A stretch of DNA of 64,000 nt from Paragordius varius (Eukaryota > Animalia > Nematomorpha). Every line of letters begins with the position of its first letter. The first letter of the stretch is position 1. This document shows positions 39,124-49,719 of the stretch, one piece after another. The notes under the pieces were generated by a model, which worked only from the letters and a program-made list of their open reading frames with translations, was not told the DNA's origin and made no database searches. The stretch is from positions 14,260,001 through 14,324,000 of the forward strand of contig OZ176050.1 of the NCBI GenBank assembly GCA_964247055.1, written 5' to 3'. The position numbers and the translations under genes are program-made.

Positions 39124-42100
39124 TTATAATTCATTGCCATGTTTTTCAATATTCACGATTTCAATCTCAAAATGTAAGGTTGCGTTCGGAGGTATGATAG
39201 GGGGTCGTCCCTCTTCCCCGTAGGCCAACTCAGGCGGTCCCGAAAATTTTTTCTTTTCTCCAATACACATGCTAAATTAAAAATAAAGGGTTCGCATGTA
39301 ATTGCCACAAAAAATGGTTGTAATCCAGTACACCAACCATAATTTTTAATTCCATAGATGGAAGATTAAACTTTTAATTTTTATTCAGACAAAAGTTTTA
39401 CAATAATGAGGTTTTGGAATTCAAAATCTCCGAACTGACATTGTTTGCCCGTGTTCATTATGTGTGATTGATGAGTCCACAACAAGGACGGGCACACTAT
39501 GACTCGTGGTAAACACCATCATCTCAAAACTTACATGAAGCCACCTATTGCTTAATAGGAAATACTATGACTTCTAATCCGCTAAAAACTGACTCGTCAT
39601 ATCAAAATAGCGTGCCTTTGGGGCTAAATTTCATAAAACCTAACAGGCCATATGAGTCCAATAGCTGCTTAACCCCGTAACAAGGCAAAAATTGTAGGTC
39701 GTGCAGTTTTTTAAAATTAAATGTTAATTAGGCCCTTCACGCCCTGAAAAATGCGCCATCATAGAAAAAATTTTAGTTTTGGGGCATCTTTTCCAAAACC
39801 TAGTAAGAGCATATGGAATCAATCATGATTCCAGGTACTCATCGTAAAAAGGCAAAAAATTTAATCAAGCGCTTTTTTGTATCAGCCTCTGGTTAGGAAT
39901 AGCCTAAAACTGCGCCACCATATCAAAATTGCGTTGTTTAGGAGTTAATTATCAGGAAATTTATAAAGCCATATAAGCTCATTAGAAACTTAAAATACTA
40001 TCCGTAACTAGGTAAAAAAGGTCGGGCCTTTTTTTATTAGCCGTTAGTTTGGGACTCTTATCCCCTAAAAACACGCTATCATATAACGATTATTTAGTGT
40101 TGAGGTTATTTTCGAATGACCCATAGACGTATAAAGATGATTCCAAATATTTGCCCTATAAAGGCAAATAATTTAATTCACACCTTTCCATATAGGTTTA
40201 TGGGTAGGGGTCTGGTTTAAAAATGAGACGCCATACAAAAGTGGCCTGGTTTTGGAGCTAATTTTCAAAAAACTTAAGAAGCAATATAAGTTCAGTCAAA
40301 CAATTTTGGGGAGATTGTATAATATCATTATCTTTGAAAAGGGACCTGGATTTCGCAAAACGAAAATTTAATAAGGGACAGTTTAAATATGGTCAATTTC
40401 GAGAAAACTATATTAGAGCATATGCAAAAACCCATAAAAGAATAATTAAAGATATTCTTTTTATTTAATATGTTTTTTGTTATTTTTTATCACCATGACC
40501 TCTATTTATTGCAAATTATTAAGAATAATTATCGGCGATTTTACTGCGTACGTTTTTTTATATACATAAATTCAACTCAGTTTTTATACCATATAACATA
40601 TTTGTCTACACCAGGGGTGATGCGGCCCTCCAAAAAAATGTATGGCGCGCGAAAAGTTTGGGAACCCATTGTAAATATATGCTCACAATATTTTGATAAA
40701 ATAAATATTTCTTAAACAATTTTATGTATCAATCTATGCAATTGGCACAATCATCAACAAACAATTGCTATATTTTGTGTGCATTTTACAAAGCCTTATG
40801 TTTGATATCAAATATAAGGCTTATTATGAATGCCCATATATATTTTAAATGCGGTCCGCGAAGCCATTTATGTTGGACAGCTCTGGTCTAAACTAAAATA
40901 TTACCCATTGATTTCTCGTTCCCAAATCTCTATGACTCGACCAGCGCCCAACGGAAATTTAAAGGGAGTATCATTGAAGCTTGAACTAAATATACTTCCG
41001 TCATCGAGTGTGCCCTGTAAGAATTTTTATCATATTTTAAAGTAGATATAATTAATAAAAAATTATAAATAAAACTTAATAAAAAATTTGAACAAAAGTT
41101 TATTTCTAAATATCAATTATATGGATGTTGCGCAAAAGATTTTATCTTAGACGAATGGTGCATTGACATAATCATATTAAAAATATGAGATACAGTTAAT
41201 ACCTGTTTTATGACAATTAAATAAAATGGAGTATACATTTAACATTAAAAAATAATTTGGTCATAATCAATTTTTGACACATTTTTAAAGGATTCTTAGT
41301 TTGGGCAATGCGAAATATATTTTTGCCACATTAGGTGCCATTGAGTGTTAAATTTACTGTAATGTTATAACATAATTTATTTTTCAATAAAAGGCAATAT
41401 ATTGCATAGGGTTTTATACATAGAATCTGCATCCTTGAAGGCAACCCCGTACATGACATTCATTTTAGTTGAATATTTTAAAACTTAAGCACCACTGTTT
41501 GACTATTAAAGCCCAGAAAATCGACAACTCAGCTCAGTAAACCACTGCATAATCAGGATTATTTTTAAATTGAAAATAAAGGCCATAGAAAATCAATATA
41601 GTAAATATTTTTTAGATTTATTAGTTGGTATATTATAATTCAGCATTAATTTAATTTATATAAAATAAGAATATTCGTTACTACTAGTAATATCTAAAGT
41701 AAATTCAATTATTTTGGAGTAACCATATTTTAAATAAATAAATAAATAAAATTTAGTGGGTGTCAAATAATGTTATTATCATCATTCGTTTTCATTTCAT
41801 AAAAATATATATATATAAAGGAAAAATATATCCAAAAATTATTTTAAATAAACTGTTCATAAAATTTTCGTTATTAATTCAAACTTTGCCAATCAATAGA
41901 TAACAATTACATATTTTATAGGCTTGCGTTCCCATATATTTGATCAAAGTAGAGTCTAAAATTTCGTATATAATAATATTTTATGGGGCTTTTAATAATT
42001 AAAAATATAAAATTTTATTTCATTTTCAATTCAAGTATCGAACGGGTTAATCACATGTTTTAAATACAAAATGTATGGTACCATAATAGCGTTTTTAGAT

Positions 42101-42876
42101 AATTCTGATTTCAAAACCTGCATAAAGAAATTATGCAATTTTTAAAATAATTTTGATATATAATATCGCCATTTCAGACACTTTACTTTTTAAATGAATG
42201 TCAATGCTAATAGAAGCATAAGCTTATATATTTATTAACAGTCATATTTCGGTTTATAAATAAAAATTAAAAACAATCAGCTTAAAATGAGTTTGGTGTG
42301 TAATTTGTTTTAATATGCGATGGGAACATCAAATTCTTTTCTAATTTTAAAAGAGGGGTGCCCAACATGCGGCCTTCAAAATATTTTGCGCAACCCAAAA
42401 ATTCAGAATATTACTAAATTAATGCGGAGATTCATACACAAAATATCTTATTTTCACATATAAGTCGTCTATCCAAATTTTGGCAAACTGGCTAAAATTT
42501 ATAAACAAATAGTAGTAATAATATTGTGTTTATATATTTTACATAATCTTAGATTTGAAATCTATAAAATATTTCCCATATATTTTTCGAAGTGTGGATC
42601 GCCATTTTTTGAGTCGAAAACGCGACCCACAAAGTTTAAAAGGTAGCTATTTTTCATAATTATAAAAAGTCAAAATCTACATTTTTAACCTTAAATTTCA
42701 CAGATATATTCATGTTATAAAAATATATTAATACTTACATTATAATCGACATAAACCATATCCCCGCGTTGGGCACATCTCGATTCCGTTAATTGGAAAA
42801 GAATATTGGTCAATACAAACAAATAAATGAATATTGAATCAAATTTTATAAGAAAATAAAACGTGGATTTTGCCAT
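39124..42876 (-). CDS. FKBP2: ER-luminal FK506-binding protein / PPIase, FKBP2(FKBP13)-like; exons 42876-42739, 41014-40905, 39271-39124; 131 aa
   Basis: Spliced: MAKSTFYFLIKFDSIFIYLFVLTNILFQLTESRCAQRGDMVYVDYN|GTLDDGSIFSSSFNDTPFKFPLGAGRVIEIWEREIN|GMCIGEKKKFSGPPELAYGEEGRPPIIPPNATLHFEIEIVNIEKHGNEL*. GT-AG introns in compatible phase, signal peptide, two Cys, KDEL-like end. Orthology is inferred from motifs only. Confidence 0.88.
39570..40290. repeat. Family D internal-subrepeat fragment within FKBP intron 2
   Basis: Homologous to 17630-18120/21120-21660 and to the reverse complement of 45420-46600. Confidence 0.75.
40612..40885. mobile_element. Buster-type hAT MITE (274 bp) in FKBP intron 2, 19 nt from the splice donor
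   Basis: Ends CAGGGGTG... and ...GTTGGACAGCTCTG. 8-bp TSD GTCTACAC/GTCTAAAC (7/8 match, NNNTANNN). Confidence 0.7.
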
Positions 42877-44099
42877 ATGTAACAAAAAAGTATTTTTATC
42901 TATTTTTTATATTACATTACATAAAGATGTTATCAAATATATACATAAATTCTATGGTATACAAAGAAAAAGAAAAACGCATTTTTTCTATCATATGGAA
43001 TCGTATATTTAACCAGAATTTTGCGAAAGAAAGAATGAAGATAATTATATATTATTAACAACACTTAAAATTTAGGTCAGCACATATATTTTTTAATGTT
43101 AATATTTAACACACGACGAATCGATTTTAAAATATAAATAATTATTAGCGAAAAGAAAATATATACTTAATGGAACATCTTTTTCTAGTTGGCGGCGAAA
43201 ATATGTCACGAATTGATAAGTAAATTATAATTTAGGAGTTTTTGTTTGATGGTAGATACAGTATATATATATATATATGTATATATAAATTATACGGACA
43301 AAAAACAAATATTGTTTTAAAACGCCGCTTTCTTGATTTTGTTAAATATAATTCCATTATTATAGAAAGTATGCATTGGCAACACAATCATTTTATGCAT
43401 TTTACAATTATAGACATATATAGGAGAAATTAGGGTCCAAAAAAGTATGGTTCTCTTATTTAAAAAATTATTTTTTTTAGATTTTAAGTTTTGTCTCTAT
43501 AATTTCAATTTTTACTGTAAATTTATGAAAACATTATAAGCCCTTAAGTATGGAAGTAGGGCATCCATGATATTTAATATATGGTGTAATTAGGTTTAAT
43601 TTGTAACGTTATTTAGTTTAGTTGTAACTATAAAAATCTTATATGTGTTTATCATACGTTTTTGCTGAAAACTTTTTTTAATTCTGCAATTTACTTGGTT
43701 AATATTTGTAATTAATGCTATCCGATGATGGATTTTTAAATAAATGCGAAGCACTTTTTTTATATTGATGGATATTCACTCTTATGGTAGCATTGGCTTT
43801 CCTTACCTACGCTTCGTCCAAATCGGGGGGTATAAAAACCTAATAATATATATGAATTCAGAAAGGAAAATGAATCAAGATTTTTATGGTGCTTTTAGTT
43901 TTGGTTGGCCCTTATGTGTGATTTAAGAATGTTATTTTAACTTTTCTAATAAGTGCTTCATATCTGATGGAAAAACTTGCGCAGTTTTTTTAAATTAAAG
44001 GTTTTTTGGGGGAAAGTTAGAGGCTTCATTCCAAAAATATTACTAAAATACATAAATTACTTATTTTAAAACAAAATTAATTATTTGATGTTAACACCG

Positions 44100-44700
44100 A
44101 AAGTTCTATTTTTTTGGTCGTGCTAAATGGGCTATTCATCCTAAGATTAACGCAAAAATGCCGGGACGCGATAAAAATTATATGACTAAATTTTGATATT
44201 TAAAAATATTAATTAAAACAATGCATACTTTTTCAAAAATTTTAATTTTTAGCAAAAATTTTGTTGAATCATAAGTCAAACTATTTTGAGTTGGAAACAG
44301 TAATAAATTATAAGATATTATAAAAACACATTTTCTTCGATAATGCTGAACATTTCTATCACCATAGGATTTCAATTGAAACATTCATTTTCTCAAAAAA
44401 CACAATAATTATATATAAATTTGAAGGCGAACGAATACTTAAATCAAAATTTTGAAGTGATAGAAATGTTCAGATTGAATTATATCAGTGTTTTTATGGT
44501 ATGTTAACTAGTTTTATGACTTATAATTTCAAAATTTTGCTAAAATTAAATTTTTGAAAATGTTTTTTTAAAGATATTTTAAGTTCACATTAAAATTCAG
44601 CGTATATTTAGGATTTTTATGGCAGAATTCCTGCATTTTTGCTTTTATAAGACTATTTCATAACCTTTTAAGATAGTTTTGCGCCCCATAGCAATTTTGA
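44100..44700. mobile_element. MITE-like element with long degenerate TIRs (family G); related arm at ~55740-55990
   Basis: 44140-44300 is an imperfect inverted repeat of 44510-44650, and its reverse complement resembles 55740-55940. Confidence 0.5.
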
Positions 44701-45134
44701 TTCAACTAAAATGTTAGAGTGGCAAATAAAAAGCTATTTAAAGCGTTTTAGGCACATAATTCGCTATACAATACATCTTTGTTAACACCTGATAACAAAT
44801 CGCTTCTACTTGTCCTTTTATTAAATTGTTTACCAATCCTGGCCTGTTTTTATTTATGATAAATATTGAATCATTTCAATAGTTGGTAGTGTTTTAAAAT
44901 ATTAATGACCGAAATGCAAAAAGATTTATCGATAATAAATTTTTTTTATCGTATGAAGAATTAATCAAACAACTCGATATGAGTGCATATAAATGCATAA
45001 AAAATTCGGCCATTATGTCGATAAAACTTTTCATGACCTTTTTAAATTTCAGTCCGCGAGACATATTGGGGTAAAATCTTTGTGAATCAACTACTGTTTT
45101 AAAAATTATTTTAGTAGCGTAAATCTTGTGCTGC

Positions 45135-47070
45135 TACGCAGCCCGAGGAAATCGTTCGGTCTTCTGGGGAGAGGGGGAGGGGGGCGCTATCTGGAAAAAA
45201 GGGGGTGATCCATATATGTGGATTATTTCGAAACATTAATTAATACTTATGATTATAGGACTTTCAAAACGGTGCATCATAGGACTTTCAAAACTGTGCA
45301 ATACTAATATATTGTTTACTGATGTGAAGGCCCCAAATTGACGAAAAAACCGCTATACTATAATTATAACCTTTTTATGGGTATTATTTAACGCCTTTAT
45401 TACTCTTATTAATTCTTAAGTTTTTAAAAAATTAGTCCAAAACCACGCCATTTATGTATGGCGTTTCCCTTTTAAATCGGTAGACCCCTACCCAAAAGGC
45501 CCCAAAGTAACGCCTAATAAAAAAACCTTGACCTTAATTTTTACCTAGTTACGGGTATTATTTAGAACTTTATATCATATGGCTTTATAAGTGTTCTGTA
45601 AATTAGTTTTAAAACAACTCAATTTCTATATAGTGGCGTTTTGGGCGGGTAGCTCCTTATTTAGGTGTATAAAAAAGCGTTGGGCAAAATTTTTGCCTTT
45701 ATGTCGGTAATATCTGGATTTATCATTGATTCCATATGTTCCCATAAGTCTTTGGAAATGTTGTTTCCAAACTACAAGATTGTTCTAGGCGGCGCATTTT
45801 TCAGGGTGTAAAACTTTACTTAGCGACTCATTGAAATAACCCCCTATGTAACTATTTGTTTTTGAAGGGGTAAAAATATTGTAAGCCCTTAACTCACATT
45901 GTCTCATAGGTTTCTGAAATCACCATATGGATAGAGCATGCTCTATCCATATGGTGACGCAGTTTTACACGGGTAGCCCCCTAACCAGGGGCGAAACAAA
46001 AAATCGCTTGATTAAAATTTTTTGCCTTAATTCGGGCAATACCTGGAATCATGATTGATTCCATAGCTCTCATGAGATTTTCCAAAAATCTCAAAACCAG
46101 AAGTCATTCTATGATGGCGCATTTTTCAGAGCAAGGGCCTAATTAAGCGGTAATTTAAAAAGAACCGCTCGACTTATATTTTTCCTTTTTTACGGGTAAT
46201 ATTTCAGGCCCTTAAAACTTATATGGCCTGATAGGTTTTCTGAAATTATCCTAAACAACGCAATTTCGATATGGTAGCGCAGTTTGAGGCGGGTAGCTCC
46301 CTACCCAGAGGCTGATACAAAAAAGCGCTTGAATAAAATCTTTGACTTTTTACGAAAAATACCGGAATTATAATTGATTCCATATGCTCTCATTAGTTTT
46401 TGGAAGAAATGCCTTACCACTAAAATATCAATGGTGGCGCATTTTTTAGGGCGTGAAGGGCCTAATCAACGGCTTTTTGAAAAGCACGGCCTTAATTTTT
46501 GTTTTGTTACAGGTAATATTTTAAGCAGCTATTGAACTCATACATGATAAGTTTTCTGAAATTTAGCCACAAAGGCAGGCTATTTCGATATGACGGCGCA
46601 GTTTTTAGTGGGTATCTCCTTATCCAGCTGCCAATATTAAAAAAACGCTGGAGAGGCTCATTAAATATTTACTGTCTCATACCTTGGGAGAAAAATAGAT
46701 TCAAAAAAATATTTTTGTGGACTTAATTTTTTTGAAAAAAGGCATTTTACAAGGGGAGTGGGTAAAAGTGCCTAAATCAAAAAAAGGAACCGACTATGTT
46801 TTGCGCAATAAAAAAATTAAATAATATTTGAAATTGAATGGTCTAACACGTTTTCCGGAAAATTGTCAGAAAGACACGATTTTTGTGGACAAGTGTTTTC
46901 AAAATTACCCATTTTTTACACGGGTGGGTCTGAAAGCCCAATTTATGAAAGGACGAGGTTATTGTGAAGGCATTCATTATTGATTATATTTTTTTGGATT
47001 AGAATGAGTCTACCCGTTTTCCGGAACAGATCACATAGCCAGCATTTTTATTTTAAATATATAGATAAAA
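45135..47070. repeat. Most complete copy of unclassified family D, with ~320-bp internal tandem subunits
   Basis: Subunit markers g(g/a)(c/t)ggcgcatttt at ~45790, 46113, 46433 and atatg..gcgcagttt..gggta(g/t)c at ~45950, 46270, 46588. One end matches 21840-21911 and the other matches 12460-12710. Confidence 0.8.
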
Positions 47071-47642
47071 CATTATTATTCTGTATTACATTAAAAGCTT
47101 AAATATTTTATTTTGTGTGCTAGAGTCTAATGGAAGACTTTTAAAAAAATAAATAACTAGTTTAGTTGATAATTATTATGTTTGTTTTGGTGATGTTCAG
47201 CCTAAAAGCTTATACATTAACATTTTGCAACCATAACATACTATTTAATTGCATATTGTATCAGCGCTTTAAAAAATTTTAAAACCTGAGAGCTGCGGCT
47301 AAAAAGTTTGATATTGAGTCTTAATCGCTTTAAGATATAAAACTACCCTAAACATGAAGTGTCACAACCAAAAATTAATAAAAATGCTGTCAAATCAAAA
47401 AATATATTTTGTAAAAATAAAGATACCATTTAATATATTATATGAATGATTATGCCTGAGCATAGAGTGGATTATATTTTGGCCATCATAGATAATTTTA
47501 CAATAAAACTAAAAATTATACTTAATATAATATTTTTTTTACTAGTAATCAAAAATTATTATATTCAATGATATCAATAATATTATTTCAATAAGTAATC
47601 TGGTCGGCTGTTTTATGATATGGTGAAATTTACATGTGTATC

Positions 47643-49688
47643 ATGAAATCAAATTTAATTGAGGAAAAAGTAGTACATGTTTTTATATGTCATTTTAGGT
47701 CTTAGCACCATACTGTTATATATCTGAGCTTCCGGGTAAAAATTTAAGACAAAAACTCGCAAATGTATGAAAATCGTAATATATACTAGGCTTTTAATTT
47801 CTGGCTTCAAATACCCATTGAAAAAATGATGGAAATTTTAAACATTATTCAAATGTTACATAACGCTAGTTTGCTGTAATCTTTAATTAAATTTTAGCAT
47901 TGATGATATTGAAGACAATTCGTGTTTGCGAAGGGGCCAACCAGTTGCTCATCTTATTTACGGTCAGCCGTTAACCATAAACGCAGCTAATACAATTTAC
48001 TTTTTAGCGCTCGAAAAAGTTTTGGAGTTAAATCAACCAAAAGCAGTAGAAATATTTACATGTATATTAATAATTTGTATTAATGTAATTTAATATTTTG
48101 ATTTTGAGTCAGTTTTTTTAAATGAAAACCAAATTAATATAAAATGTAATAAATATCTATAATATCGGAGGATATAATTTCGATACAGTAAATTTTTGCT
48201 AATATTTACTAAATTATCCTAAAAATCCCTTAACTATAATTATATAATTGTAAAAATATAAAATTTAAGTTTTGATTAGCGAGCTGTTTTTTTCTTATTT
48301 TAGCCATCGAAAAGACAAATATTTTACATATATTTTACGGGATTATATTATCATTATGAAAAATTTTGTTATGAAATACCAATTAAATGCCAAATAATTT
48401 AATAAAAATTTCATATCGACTTTTTTTTCGCAACTACTTGTATATAGGTTTATGAAATATTTTTTTAGCAGAACTAATTGAATTACATAAAGGGCAAGGA
48501 TTAGACATATATTGGCGAGATTCACACAACTGTCCAACGGAAAATCAATATTTTGATATGGTCGCAAAAAGTACTACACTTTCATCTTTGCTTTGTTTTT
48601 ATAAGGAATTAAAAAATGACCTTGTTTTTTCTTCTCAAAAAGAAAATATTTTGTCTTTTTAGATTACATAATAATTATTAAAATAAAACAATTAACTTTT
48701 TTGAATTAAAATAAATATGGCTTCTTTTGGTTAAATGTAAACAAGTTACAGTAAATATTGAAATTATACGGACAAAACGTAAAAATATAAAGACAAATTT
48801 TTTAGTTTTAAAAGATTACCCCTTACTTTTACAAACCTTAATTTATCCTATTATAATCTTTTAATAGCAACCGTTATATAATTGACTGTGTTACCAATAT
48901 ACATCTCTGTTTTATACTTTAGTGTTTAAAACAGAGATCAAAAAAAATAAAATTTTGAAAGTATGATTGTTGTCTTTTGAGAAAAAAATATTTGTCTTTA
49001 TATTTATACGTTTAGTCCCGTATAATTTCAATTTACTGTAAAATTCTAATTTTGAATTATAAGGGATTAACTGGATCCATGAAGTGTAAAATATTTGCTG
49101 AATTAAATAAGTTTAGACAATTGCTTATGTAATTTTATGACAACAATTTTATAAATTTCTGAATAAATTTGTTTAAAACGAAAACGAAATGTTTTAAATA
49201 TCTCTTCTCACTAATTTCAGCATTTTAAGTGTAAAAATTTTTTAAATATTAAATTAAAATAGAAAAAAGCATGTTTTTTATTTCCATTAATTAAAGTTTA
49301 GTAGAATGTTATATAAATTTTTTCACTTTATAAACCATTTAATTAATTATATATTTTACAATTGTTATTAATTTTAATAGGATAAATTAAGGTTTAAAAA
49401 AGTAAGGTTGTCTTTGAAAAAAAATTGGTGTTATATTTTTGCGTTTTGTATGTATAATATCAATTTTTACTGTTATTTTAAAATATTTTTTTTGAGGGCA
49501 GAAATACGTAGGTTGTCCTAAGGCTTTCTATAAATGTATTATATAATACTAAGACAAAACAACTAATGACTAATATTTTTTACTGTAAAGATTATATATT
49601 TTTTTATTTTATTCTCTACATATAAATATATATAACTGATAATGTGTTATATATAATTTGTATATGGATTAGCATGTTAATCATAGAT

Positions 49689-49719
<31 letters not shown>

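Noticed and set aside
39468-39495. Hammerhead-like TTGATGAGTCC-N7-GGACG
   Set aside because: C3 and the GAAA box are both absent, so it cannot form a catalytic core.
38362-41351. TTAA-CACTC...GAGTG-TTAA pair that would enclose FKBP exons 2-3 as a gene-capturing piggyBac element
   Set aside because: Only ~8 bp of similarity, no inner inverted repeat, and FKBP exon 1 lies outside. The left end belongs to a repeat also found at ~26995.
42353-42781. Apparent hAT MITE bounded by ggggtgcccaac and gttgggcacatct
   Set aside because: The right 'TIR' is coding sequence of FKBP exon 1 (RCAQRG), and there is no TSD.
43770-43800. YGSIGFP on the + strand, resembling an FKBP C-terminal motif
   Set aside because: Wrong strand and position relative to the FKBP gene, whose real last exon is at 39271-39124.
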